A DNA stretch of 31,518 bases from a virus (Duplodnaviria; Heunggongvirae; Uroviricota; Caudoviricetes), in IMG/VR virus record IMGVR_UViG_3300002498_000057. One strand, 5' to 3'. The first letter of the stretch is position 1. Each line of letters begins with the position of its first letter. The notes under the pieces are model-generated. The model searched no databases, was not told the DNA's origin, and worked only from the letters and a program-made list of their open reading frames with translations. Position numbers and translations under genes: made by a program. Positions 1 to 12,159 of the stretch are shown piece by piece.

Positions 1-410
1 CAAGCTCAGTAGGGGGTGATTTTAGTTGCCGCTAGAACAAGCTAACTTCACTTCAAGGAGCCCCAAGCACAGTAGGGGGTGATTTTTATTGTGACAATAA
101 CAATCTAACTTCGCTTCAAGGAGGCCCAAGCTCAATAGGTGGTAGTTTTTATTGTTACAAGAACAATCTAACTTCACTTCAAGGGGCCCCAAACACAGTA
201 GTGGGTTATTTTAGTTGTAGCAGTAACAATTTAACTTCACTTCAAGGGGCCCCAAGCTCAGTAGGGGGTGATTTTAGGTGTAGCTATAACAATCTAACTT
301 CACTTCAAGGAGCCCCAAGCTCAGTAGGGGGTGGTTTTAGTTGTAGCTATAACAATCTAACTTCACTTCAAGGAGCCCCAAGCTCAGTCAAGGGTAATTT
401 TTATTGTGAC
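1..410 (+). repeat. Coding tandem repeat, 63-bp unit, at least 6 copies
   Basis: The core CTTCAAG recurs at 51, 114, 177, 240, 303 and 366 (exact 63-nt period). Confidence 0.95.
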
Positions 411-482
411 AATACCAATAAAACATTTACACAACAGTAGGTCAAACAGATATGTAAAGTTAAAGGGCGTATATTTGTATAA
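3..482 (+). CDS. 3' part of a leucine-rich-repeat-like phage protein (21-aa repeats LTSLQGAPxxVGGxFxCxxNN); 5' end lies outside the window
   Basis: Frame is open from position 3 to TAA 480-482 if TAG is sense (TAG at 33-35 and 438-440). The C-terminus KTFTQQ[E]VKQICKVKGRIFV matches the usual tail of this repeat family (recalled). Confidence 0.85.
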
Positions 483-501
483 GATAAAGGAATTAAAATA
501 A

Positions 502-924
502 ATGAATAAAATAAGATAGATGGCATTAGATATTGTCAGTGAATTATTAAAATAGAGTAAATAGAATATTGTTAATATGTCATAGAAGAATAGTATACTA
601 AGTTCTATTATATAGAATAATAAAGGAATAAATAGAATGATAGATAAAATAAAACAAATAATAGTATGACTAAATAAGAATAAAGATAAAATGGCGCATA
701 CTTTAATTGGATCAATAATAACAGGTATAATACTATTAGTATTTGGTTTAACAACAACTACAATATTATGCTCACTTTGGTTTATATTTGCAATAGCTAT
801 AGTATGGTAGATAATAAATAAAAAATTATACGATAGTAAAATATGTAAGTTGGATATATTATTTACTTGTATTGGCAGTGCATTAGTAATAGTATATACC
901 AGTTTAATGTTTTTAATACATTAA
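502..924 (+). CDS. Small multi-pass membrane protein (hypothetical; possibly holin-like)
   Basis: SD AAAGGA at 486-491, ATG 502, TAA 922-924. Hydrophobic C-terminal part DKMAHTLIG...AIAIVW[E]II...KLDILFTCIG. A second in-frame ATG at 637 has its own AAAGGA at 622-627. Confidence 0.7.
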
Positions 925-957
925 TTAAAATAAAATAGCTTTTACAATATTTTTTAG

Positions 958-969
958 ATATTTATATAT
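958..969 (+). promoter_or_regulatory. ATATTTATATAT motif, putative phage promoter
   Basis: Intergenic, upstream of ORF 995. The identical 12-mer occurs at 5509, 23370 and 25315. Confidence 0.5.
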
Positions 970-994
970 ATAAAGATTATTTTGGAGAAACAAT

Positions 995-1249
995 ATGTAG
1001 AATACAACAATAGTATTAAATTAGTTATAGAAAAAGAAAATAGATGAACTACAAAGAAGCACACACCAAATTATATCAGATTTTGGACAATTATCTATTA
1101 CAAAGATTTAGTTATTTAATGCATAGCAATAGTTAACTAAGAAATATTAGTAGTTACAGAAATAGATATAGAAATTTAATATATAGCTTAAAAATAAACA
1201 TGGGTAGGGAGTTATTGACTTTTAGAATGGATTATACGTTAAAGAATAA
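995..1249 (+). CDS. Small conserved hypothetical coiled-coil protein (84 aa)
   Basis: SD GGAGA, ATG 995, TAA 1247-1249. Translation M[E]NTT...FGQLSITKI[E]...KHG[E]GVIDF[E]NGLYVKE resembles the recalled KYGEGxIDLETG motif seen in tail regions of related phages. About 13 TAG codons in 84. Confidence 0.75.
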
Positions 1250-1256
1250 ATATTTA

Positions 1257-1757
1257 ATGGCAAAAACTTTATAGAGTTTAACACTATCAATTAAGAACGC
1301 TAGACAGGGGCAATATATACCACGTAGTTATATTCCAATTAAAACATACAATGGGTTCTTAAGAGCAGCTAATTAGAATTCAACTAGAAGAGCTGTATAG
1401 ATTTGATCATTTACTATTGTACCTGATGTAGCAACTAATACACATTTACCATAGTCATAGTTATTATCAGTTACATCATCATTATCAACATTAACTACTG
1501 GGTTGGGATAGATATATTATGTAAGTTGATCTATATCTGTATAGTAGACAGAGTTAATCCAATAGATAGATTTGGCAATACCATATTAGGTATAGTATTT
1601 ATTTACATAGTCTGGTCAATATATAATTGGAGCAAATATTGGTATTATAAATAATTAGTAGATAACAAATCAATCAACACAAATAACATATATCATATTA
1701 TCAGCTCAAAATAATTTATATGATACAGCAATATATGATACAGCAATATATGGATAA
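1257..1757 (+). CDS. Hypothetical, probably virion-associated protein ending in YDTAIYDTAIYG
   Basis: ATG 1257 to TAA 1755-1757, open when TAG and TGA are sense; fills the gap before the sheath gene. Confidence 0.65.
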
Positions 1758-1787
1758 TAAAATAATTCTTTTAAGGAGAAATAATAA

Positions 1788-3992
1788 ATGGCAGAACAAA
1801 TAATAATAAGTCCTGGGGTATTTACAAGATAGAACGATTTAAGTTATTTAGCCCAAGGAATATAGAGTATAGGGGCCGCAATCATTGGTCCAACTGTTAA
1901 GGGTCCAGCTTTCGTACCAATAAAAGTAACACCAGCTTAGAGAGCAATTGTATTTGGTGATGTATATTAGAAATATTATTCAACTTATGCAGCTAAATAG
2001 TATTTAAGAGATGCATAGTCAGTAACATTAGTAAGAACATTATGACTAGATAATTATTCAGATAGTTATATTTATATTACTGGTAGCGGGAAAACATTAG
2101 CAGTTCTTGGATTAACAAGTGGTTCTATAAATAGTGCTACTGTAACTGGTACATTGGCAGCAACTGTTGTTACAGTTACATCTAGTTTAGGCATCTCATC
2201 TTCAGTAACAGTATTATTAAGTGGATCAACATCAAATTCTACTTATTTACCATATGTATTATCATCTGATCCATATGGAACTACACAATTATATATCCAT
2301 AAGTTCTTCCCATCTATGTCAATTAGTGCAAGTGGAGATGTATATGGATATACTTCTAGTACTGCATATGGTCCATACGATCATGCAAGAACTCCTAATA
2401 TTATATCACAATATGATGATGATTTATTTAGTATTCATGCAATAAGTGATGGTACTATTTCTAATACGTAGTTTAAAATTGCAATAGCAAACGTAACACC
2501 AGGTCAGCCAGAATATGATGATCCTTATGGAACATTTGATATAATACTTAGAAAATTTGATGATACAGATGCTAGATTATCAATATTATAGCAATGAACT
2601 AATTTATCATTAGATCCAACTTCAAAAAATTATATAGCTAAAATAATAGGTGATAAATATACATACTATGACAGTACTACATTAGATAGAGTCGTTTCAA
2701 CTGGAGATTATGACAATAGATCAAAATATATTAGAGTAAGTATGACTGATGATGTTGCTAATAGTGCAATAGATCCAGCTGCTTTGCCAACAGGATTTAG
2801 AGCTCCAAAATCTACAATAGTTGGAAATATGCCATGCCCAAATTCATATGTATATAATAATACTGGATCAGTAAAACAATATCTTGGATGAAATTATAGT
2901 AGTACTGATGCTTTACAATATATCGGACCACTAGCATACACGGCTGATGGTAATTAGATTGCTTCTGGATTAAGTGCATATTCAATGTCATCTGCTCAAT
3001 ATACTACAGCGTCTCTAGCTAAATTCTTAGTTCCATTACAAGGTGGATATGACGGTGGAAGTCCAATAAAATCTATATTGGTAGGTAGTAGTATTACAGC
3101 TGGTAATGTAATGGGGTTTAATGCAAATAATACAACTTAGGAAACTAACGAATATATTAGAGCAATTAAATGTGTATAGAATCCAGACTAGATTGATATA
3201 AATGTATTAGCAATGCCTGGGGTAAATATTTATAATCATGGTGCAACAGTTAATTATGCAATTACTGCTGTATAGAATAGAGGTGATTGTTTCTTATTAT
3301 TAGATCTATGTAAAAAAGGTGCAGCGGTGTCTAGTGTTTCAACTTATGTAGATAGTATTGATAATAATTATGTTGGTACATATTATCCATGGTGTAAAAT
3401 TCGAGATGCAGTAAATGATAAATTTGTATGAGTACCACCTTCAGTTCCTATGATGGGTGCATTTTCACAGAATGATAAATTAGGGTTTGAATGGTATGCC
3501 GTCGCTGGTTTAAACAGGGGTGGATTATTAAATGTAACTGATGTATAGATTAAACTAAATAAGACATAGAGAGATATATTATATAAAGCCAGAATTAACC
3601 CAATAGCATCTTACCCTGGTCAGGGATTTAGTGCATGGGGTCAAAAGACCTTACAGAAAAAAGCATCAGCACTAGATAGAATCAATGTCCGTAGATTACT
3701 TATTAACTTAAAGAAATTTGTTGCTAGTACTTGTAGATATATTGTATTTGAACAAAACGTTGAAGATGTAAGAGTCAGAGCCTTAAATATGTTAAACCCA
3801 TATTTTGCAACCGTTCAACAACAACGTGGATTATATTCATTCCAAATAGTAATTGATGAAACTAATAATACCCCAGATATAATTGATAGAAATTAGTTAA
3901 TTGGATCAATATATATCCAACCTTCAAGAACAGCTGAATTCATAAAGTTTGATTTTAATATTAATCCTACTGGTGCTACATTTAGTAACTAA
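1788..3992 (+). CDS. Contractile tail sheath protein (T4 gp18-like), 734 aa
   Basis: SD AAGGAG. Motifs ISPGVFTR[E]NDLS, AAIIGPTVKGP, FV[W]VPPSV, EWYAVAGLNRGG, GQKTLQKKASALDRINVRRLL, DETNNTPDIIDRN, QPSRTAEFIKFDFNINPTGATF. TAA at 3990-3992. Confidence 0.95.
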
Positions 3993-4045
3993 GTAATATA
4001 TTAAGATAAGGTTACATTTTTTAATCTTTTAAGGAGAAGTAATAA

Positions 4046-4546
4046 ATGTTTAGCGTAAACACAAATAAAATAAAATATAAAATGATAGTATAGAATGATA
4101 GTATTATTGATAAAGATGGTAAAAAAGTAATAAATGAAAAGGTATAGTCTAAAATATAGGAAACTATACAAATAGATGATATTTATGATTTTAAGTTTTT
4201 AATTAAGATAGATGATTATAATATAGATTGTACTATTGAAAAGTAGTCATTAAATAATCTAGTTAGAGTCTGTGTAAATGGAATATTTAGCTCAAATAAA
4301 TAGCAATATAATACAGATGAGACTATAGATAAAGTAGTATAGAGTGTTTCTGATATTCTTAGGTAGACAATAAATAGTTTATACGATAACGATGTATAGA
4401 TTATTGACTTTGAAATGAAATTAACAAAATTATTACAAAATGTGGTATATAAATAGATTAAAGCATTAACAAATATCATATAGAATAATATTGATGTTGA
4501 AAATGTTTTAACTTTCTCATAGCCATATTAGGTCATGTAGTAGTAA
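4046..4546 (+). CDS. Hypothetical acidic protein
   Basis: SD AAGGAG, ATG 4046, open to TAG-TAG-TAA at 4538-4546. Confidence 0.7.
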
Positions 4547-4641
4547 TTTAATTTTTAAAAAAATAATCTGTTGTATATTTATTATTAGATGGCTGATTAA
4601 ATATCAGACCTTGAAAAATATACAATAAGGAGAATATAATA

Positions 4642-5136
4642 ATGGCAAATAATTTAGGAATACCAGAATTAGGTATAACATAGACTTGAGAACCAAAACA
4701 ACCCTTTAGATTTACATTATATGTAGATGGATTACCAACATTTTTAATATATAAATGCAATAGACCACAATTAACTTCATAGGTGGTAACCATAGATCAT
4801 ATAAATGTAAAAAGATATGTAAAGGGTAAATCATAGTGGCAACCAATAAATATTACATTATACGATGCAATAAATCCTTCATCTGCAATGGCAACAATGG
4901 AATGAGTTAGACTAGGTCATGAATCCGTTACAGGTAGAGACGGGTATGCTGCATTTTATAAAAAAGATATATAGATAAGAGTATATGGTCCAACTGGAGA
5001 CCAAGTATAGCTTTGGCAGTTAAAGGGTGCATTTATAGTTGATAATAATCCTGGGTAGTTAGATTGGACAAATAATGGGCAATACATGAGTGTAGAATTA
5101 CAGATTCGCTACGACTATTGTATACTGCAATATTAA
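4642..5136 (+). CDS. Tail tube protein (T4 gp19-like), 164 aa
   Basis: SD AAGGAG at 4627-4632. Motifs [W]EPKQPFRF, HINVKRYVKGKS[E]W, ME[W]VRLGHESVTGRDGY, GPTGDQV[E]LWQLKGAF, YDYCILQY. Confidence 0.95.
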
Positions 5137-5174
5137 TTACTTATATATCAATGAGTTAAAGGAATAAAAATAAT

Positions 5175-5423
5175 ATGAAAAAAAGTGAATTAAGACAATT
5201 AATAAAAGAATGTTTAGCCTAGGCAAGTAACAATAAAAAGAAATTGGTTAAAGAGGGGTAGGTCGAACAATATGATTTATAGGGCATTGTTCTTCAACTA
5301 ATTTGACCTAAGATACAACAAATATTTGACGATGTATTTAGTAAATATCCTGAATATGATGACTAGAATGAGAATATAAAGGGTCTTATTATAACAACCT
5401 TGCGTAATTATCTCAATTAGTAA
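5175..5423 (+). CDS. Hypothetical protein with MKKSELRQLIKE N-terminal motif
   Basis: ATG 5175 to TAG-TAA at 5418-5423. The N-terminal motif is common in virion-associated proteins of related phages (recalled). Confidence 0.7.
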
Positions 5424-5447
5424 TTAGAATAAATCAACCATATTCTT

Positions 5448-5483
5448 AAATACCATTTATAGCAATATAGATGGTATTTTTTT
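5448..5483 (+). terminator. Rho-independent terminator
   Basis: Stem AAATACCATTTATA / TATAGATGGTATTT (one G-U pair) with a GCAA tetraloop, followed by a T tract. Confidence 0.8.
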
Positions 5484-5508
5484 ATTTTAGAATTTTTTGT
5501 AAATACTA

Positions 5509-5520
5509 ATATTTATATAT
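5509..5520 (+). promoter_or_regulatory. ATATTTATATAT motif, putative phage promoter
   Basis: Lies between the terminator and ORF 5569. Confidence 0.5.
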
Positions 5521-5568
5521 ATAGGATAATAATATCCGTATAAAATAACAATAAAAAAGAAGGAACAA

Positions 5569-6333
5569 ATGTAGACAAACCAAAGTGTAAAATACCCAAG
5601 CTAGTTCGTGAAGTTACCAAGCAAAGGATTAGTATATCCACAAGATAGTATTTATAGTTGTGGTTAGATTTAGTTAAGATACCCAACAGCAGAAGATGAA
5701 AATATTTTAACATCTAAACCATTAATTCAGAAAGGTAAAGTTATTGATGTGTTTATTAGTAGTCTATTAGTAAATCCAACAGTTAATGTTGATTAGTTAG
5801 TTCTTGGAGATAAGAATGCATTGATTATAGCATCAAGAATATTAGCATATGGTAGTCAATATATTACAAAATTTAAATGTCCATAGTGCGGAGCTCAAAA
5901 GTAGACAGCATTTGACTTGAATCAAATATTAAATAAATAGGTTGATTAGACTAGAATATTTCCAGGGTCAAATTAGTTTCATTATGTATTACCAGTTTCT
6001 AAAAAAGATGTAACATTTAAATTATTAACTAGTAAATAGGATACATAGATACATAATATAATTAAAAATCAAAAAAATCCTACTGGTGTTGACCAATAGT
6101 TAACAACAAGATTAAAACATATAATAGTTGCTATAGATGGAGATACTGATAAAAATAATATAAATAAATTTATAAGAGTAATGCCATCTAGAGATTCATT
6201 ATCATTCAGAACTTATATTAGATAGTTGATGCCAGATTTAGAAATGGATATAAATTATACTTGTGAAGAATGTGGATATGATTAGAGAATACAGTTACCA
6301 ATAAATTACGACTTTTTTTACCCTACCCGATAA
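5569..6333 (+). CDS. Tail/baseplate assembly chaperone (gp26-like family preceding the tape measure gene)
   Basis: Motifs KYPS[E]FVKLPSKGLVYP, LVLGDKNALIIASRILAYG, CP[E]CG, DQ[E]LTTRLKHII, CEECG, PINYDFFYP. TAA at 6331-6333. Confidence 0.88.
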
Positions 6334-6565
6334 TTACAATTCCACCATCTATGAATAGGTGTATAGCTTATGTTATGGAACGGGTGGTGGTATTTTGTTT
6401 ACAGAGGCAATGAAAATGCCAGTTTATTTAAGACACTTTTTATTAAAACAATTAAAGGAGTATAAATAGGCTTAGAAAAAAGCATCATAGGGAAAAAGTA
6501 GTAATCCAGCAGTAAATCCAAATTAGTATGATAAATAGGGGTGATAGATAAAAAGGAACCAATAA
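6314..6565 (+). CDS. Overlapping +1-frame ORF, probable frameshift extension of the tail chaperone
   Basis: The +1 frame reads FFTLPDNYNSTIYE[E]VYSLCYGTGGGILFTEAMKMPVYLRHFFIKQL to TAA 6563-6565. It has no start codon at its 5' end and overlaps a T7 run at 6313-6319. Confidence 0.7.
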
Positions 6566-6569
6566 AATA

Positions 6570-9539
6570 ATGGCAGATAAAAAATTAGATTCAGCTGCAG
6601 TTGGTAGAGCTCAAGCATAGAGAGCCGCATAGCTTGCAGATCGTGAACGAGCTAAGGCTGCTGATAAAAGATTAACTAATGTTAAAGATCTTAGTAAATA
6701 GCTGTCTTCATTGATTAAGTAGTCAGAAGCACTGAATAAGATATTTGCGACATTTGGTGAAAGTCTTAGTGCTATTGACAATGCAGATGAATCATTTTTA
6801 AAATTAACAAAAGATGTTGTTTAGTTTTCAAAAAATTTAGATAACTTAAAGGATTATGATTAGTTAAATAAATTAAAACGAGGGTTAGATGGATTAAGTG
6901 ATTCTTTTTTATAGGCTAATCCAAATATTAAAAAGGCTACTGATAATTTAAAACCGTTTATTAATAATTTACATAAGGCTGCAAATGCGACAAGATCTCT
7001 AACAGAACGAATATCAGATGCTATTTCTGAAAATTTAGCAGGTTGATTAGATATTATAAACAATAGAATAAATAGATTACCATTTGGTAAATTAATATCA
7101 TAGTGAGGTGGACTTGGGTTAATTCAAAAGAAGTTAAAAGATAGTCTAATGTAGTATTTACAAACAGCATAGCAATTTTCAATTGGTAATATATTACTAA
7201 GTGGAATGAAAGTTTTACTAACATAGATTAGATCTTCTATATTGAGACTTGGTAAAGTAATGTTATTTGCCTTACCATTAGCTTTAATACTAGGAGTAGT
7301 TGCATCAATATGAAAAGTATTTAAAGGTATCACAGGTACATCATAGTAGATAAGAAAATCTACAGGATTAACTACTAGAGTTACAAAGTCTTGATAGACA
7401 AATATTGCAAATGTTGTTAGCAAATATAGTCAGTTAAAAGGTATAACTGCTGAGTTTATGAAATAGTCTTACATCGCTATGGTATAGGCCTTTAATGGTA
7501 CTGCAGTTGGAATTAGTGATGGTATCATTAATTTTATGGCAGAGGTTGGTAAAAATATAAATATTAGTCAAAAAGGTGTGGCTAATTTATATTATACTAT
7601 GGGATTATTTGGTGGAGATGTATAGAAGAATACAAAAAAGGTTACACTCTGAGCTAGTTAGATGGAAGCTTTAGGAATACCAGCATAGTTAATAATAAAA
7701 GATATGGCAAATGCTTCTAATGATGTATGAAAATATACAAAGGGAAGTAGAACTTAGTTTGCAAAATCTGTATTATAGGCTAGAAAATTAGGTATATAGG
7801 TTAATAAAGTAGCATAGGTTAGTAATAAAATGTTATAGTTTTAGACTTCTATTACAGACTAGATGACAGCATCATTAATGATTGGTAAAAAATTAAATTT
7901 TAATAATGCTAGATCATTGTTTATACAAGGTAAATTAGCATAGGGAAATGCAGCAATACTAAATTAGTTGCGTGGAGTTAATTTAGATAATTTAAATGTA
8001 TTTGAAGCTACTTCATTATAGCAAGTTAGTGGTTATACAGTTAAATAGCTTAGACAAATGAAGATGACAGCATAGTTAACTAAAAAGTTTTTAAATAATA
8101 AATCTGCTGCTGACAGAGCATTTTATGACCAACATGGATAGAATTTTAAAGTTTGATAGGGTATGAATCAAACATAGTTTGATTTGCAAATGAAGACGGC
8201 TAAAGCTAGAGATGATATGAGAGCTCCGTTAACAAGGCTTGCAGATGCATGAACTGGGTTAGCGTCAAGGGCTGCTGCCTTTTTTGGTAATTAGAAAAGG
8301 ATACAAAATATAACTAATGCATTAAATGTACTTATGATACCATTAACGCGAATTGGTTTATTTTTAGAATGAATAGCTGGAGCTGGTTGGGCGGGAGTAT
8401 TACTTGCCGCGTTAGCCGCTGTTGGAATAGCAATATTAGGATTAGCTATTAAAATAAAGATTACATAGATGGTTTCAAGCCATTCGACTAAAAAGGCTTT
8501 AATTGGAATACAAGCAGAATTAGCTGGGATATCAAAATTAGTTGCAGCTCAAAATGCGCTTACAGCCGCGAAGGCAAAAACAGCTACTGCGGGTGGGACA
8601 ACAGCTATAGGTAATACTACTCCAATACCACCAACGGTTACAAGATCATACTCATCATTTGCTATAAATGTATTAGCAGTTGGAGCTGCGCTTTTATTTG
8701 CCGGGGCAGGATTTTGAATGTTTACTCAAGGACTCAAAACCGTTAAAGATCTTAATCTTGGTCAAATTGCAACTGGGACCGGGGCGTTTGCAGCCGCAAT
8801 TATTACACTTGCTATTGCAACTAGAATTATGGGAGATGTAACAAAATCAGTTGCATGGGCCGTTGTAGCAGTTGGGGCAGCATTTGCTTTAATGGGTGTA
8901 GGTGTATTAGCAGCTGGTAAAGGTATGCAATTAATGACTACTGGATTTGCATAGTTATTTAAATCTGTAAATGATAATAGCGGAAAGACAATAGTAGCAA
9001 TGAGTTTATTAACATATTCGTTATTATCATTATCTAGAGTATCATTAGTATTATGAATTGCAGCTAGAGCAATTAAATCTGCATTTAAGACTATATTTAA
9101 AGAAATAGATATTGAGCATGCCAATTAGTTATATGCTGTAGGTCAAGGAATATATGCATTATCAGCTGGTTTAACTGCGTTATCTAAAGTAAATTTATCA
9201 GCAATAGATACTAATAAGATAAATCAAATAACATCAAAAGCAAATTATTCAACTAGTATTAAAGCTAAAACACCTCCAAAGTTTGAAGGGGGTGGAGCAT
9301 TTACCAGTGGTGGTACAGCTATAGTAGGATAGAGCGGTCCATAGATAGTATAGTTACCTAAGAATACTAAGATAAAAAATAATAGTTAGTATAATAGTTT
9401 AACTTCAAATAAAACAACTAATAATTTACTATCAACATTAGTAACTAAATTAGATTAGTTAATAGATAAAAAGACTAATGTGTATTTGGATGGTAGACTA
9501 GTATCACAATTATTGATAAAGAATAAGATAACGTACTAA
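6570..9539 (+). CDS. Tail tape measure protein, about 989 aa
   Basis: Long Ala/Lys/Leu-rich helical ORF with hydrophobic Ala/Gly stretches, C-terminus NVYLDGRLVSQLL, canonical position after the chaperone. The track fragments 8469-8717 and 8718-8954 are in this frame and are joined by a TGA. Confidence 0.88.
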
Positions 9540-9540
9540 T

Positions 9541-12159
9541 ATGCGAATGACTTTGTAGTAGCGGTTCAATAAATACTTTGGAACATAGATCAAATAGTAT
9601 TATAGTAAAACTGGTGAAAAATCACCAAAACCATTACCTATATAGAAATTAAATAACGTATATACTACTGTAGATAAATATCCATCAAATAAATTACTCC
9701 GTAAAGTACAGTATCCGTCTAATTGAAATCCAGGATTAAATACCTTTTTAACATACTTATAGAATAGACCAATAAATAAAAATAATAATATATATAGCTT
9801 ACCACCAAAAAATTATTTAAAATCATCAGAAGTTAACTTTTAGAATTATTTTAAAAGAGTTCCATATGATAAAACTTATGGTGGATATTTTAATTGAATA
9901 ACAAATATAGCAACTAAAATAAGTAAAATAAATCCTATAAAGACTAATTATTTTAATACAATATTATAGTATTATAAATCAAGTATTATATATTATAAAC
10001 AACCAATAGATAAATATAATACTGATTTACCTACTGGAGATGATTAGAAAGATATAAGAAGAGCAAGAGCTTATACAACTCCAAGTGATTATTATATTAG
10101 ACAATTAGAATGACTATATAATAAAAGTCTGCTTATACAATATTATAATTAGTTTAATAGTAATAATAAATATACAAATTATATATAGAATGAAACACAT
10201 TAGTTTAATTGGAGTAAATGAAATAAGTATTCAACTAATTTATCTCAAATATAGTTCCATAAAATAAATAATATAATAAGAATACACAATACCGTGTTAC
10301 CATACTATACTGCATTACCATATAAAACAATATGGGGATATTTAATAGATAAATCTATATCTAATTTTATATACACCAGTCCAGATTAGCAGACTAGATA
10401 GTTTAATAATAGTTTTTGACAGCGTATGTTTTATAAAAGATTAGATGCTAGTGATGCCTCTTGACAAAAATATAAAGACACGAGATCATTACCAATACAA
10501 TCGACATTACAAGTAATTACTAGGCACCTAAATAATTTAGCGCCAAAAACTAATAATTGATTTTATCAACTATCTGCTACAGCCATGGCATTTAATTAGT
10601 ATAGATATGGTGTAGCGGGATGATCTTCTGACGGATGAGTAACTACATACAAGGGAGTTCAAAAATCAACTGGATTTTTTAATAATAACTTTCCATTATT
10701 TGATCGTAGTAATATTGGATATTCAGATATGTTAGCAAGCAGTTTACCGACATATACTAAAAATACAAGTATTTTAAAAGAAAAAGATACTGATAAGCAA
10801 TCACAATATTATACATATAATGCATTATCAATATCTTAGCAAGGTAATTTAAACTTACACGGGGCAGGTTGAATTGCATAGGTCTTAAATATTGTACCAA
10901 GGAAAAATACAAACATAAGATAGATATATAAAAAGACTCAATAGCAATTAAAATATATAATTAAAGGTGGTAAATGAAGTACTACTGAATCAGCTAATGA
11001 CATATATTAGAAACCTGTACAAGGTAGTCAACATCAATCTAAATATTAGACTCAATGATTTGGTTGATCCAATATAAAGGGTGAAAGAATTAGACGTAAA
11101 TTAAAAAAGTTTTATGATCCAGATTTAGGTATTTATAATGATAATTCAATATTTAATTATTATGTTGGGGAAGGTAAAACATAGACTCCACTATTAAAAT
11201 TACTTTCAACTGATCCTAAACCAACACTGTTTACTATAAATGTAAGTGCCATGTCAATATTTAAACCAGGTAGATTATATGATAATCAAATAGCAAGATA
11301 TACTATTGCTGGGAAGAAGATAAAAAGATTTACACCAAAATGGTACCAATCTATATTTTAGACTAGTCAATAGAATGGTTAGGTATTAGGAAATATAACA
11401 CAAATTACCACAAATGATAAGCTTTATATACCATAGATTAAATATAAACAACTTATAAGTAACATATATAAATAGTTATATAGTAATCATAAAGATAAAT
11501 ATACACCACACTCTGATGAAACTGACCCATCTATTCAAATATACACTGATAATAGTCAATATAAGTCAAGACTAGAATAGCTGTTTGAAAATAAATTATG
11601 GCAATCTTGTAGTAGAACTGATACATTACTAGATTTTAAATAGACTAATACTAATGATTAGAATTATGTAACAATAACATTCTAGCCATATTCCACTGGA
11701 AGTCTATCTTCAATTATACTACCTGCATATATATCAGATATTTCAGATCAAATTTCTCCAACTTGAGATACAATACAATATATGAATAGCCCAACAAAGG
11801 CTCATATATTTACTGGTATTGGAAGATCAATATCATTTAATCTTAAAGTTATTGCTTTTTCATAGTAGCAATTAGATAAAGTATGATAGAATATAAATAC
11901 AATAGGGAGATTATGCTATCCAATATCTAATCATATTCCACCATATTTATATAATAATTTAGTATATATTACTATTGGAGATTTATATATAAAAACCCTT
12001 GGATTTATAAATAGTTTTAATACATAGTTAATTGGAAACTAGCAACCCGTATGAGATATAGTTTAGCAAAAACCAACTGGAGTTAGTATATCTGTAGGAT
12101 TTACACCAATAGTTCATGACTCTAATACATTTGGAAATATAAATAATGGTACCAAATAA
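9541..12159 (+). CDS. Baseplate protein with a C-terminal tail-tube-initiator-like (gp48/gp54-like) domain, about 872 aa
   Basis: Frame is open apart from TAG/TGA. C-terminal motifs LPAYISDISDQISPT[W]DTIQY, RSISFNLKVIAFS[E][E]QL, ITIGDLY, PV[W]DI. Confidence 0.75.

Noticed and set aside
1-410. CRISPR array
   Set aside because: The 63-bp units are contiguous, in frame and protein-coding, with no repeat-spacer alternation.
1719-1751. 15-bp tandem repeat TATGATACAGCAATA x2 as a regulatory repeat
   Set aside because: It encodes the C-terminal YDTAI-YDTAI-YG peptide of ORF 1257-1757.
2043-2045. TGA=Gly (code 25), suggested by sheath VRTL-TGA-LDNY where I recall Gly in homologs
   Set aside because: This is a single site in a variable segment. 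Many other TGA sites match conserved Trp (WW, QYGW, KFWG, FVWVPP, MEWVRL).
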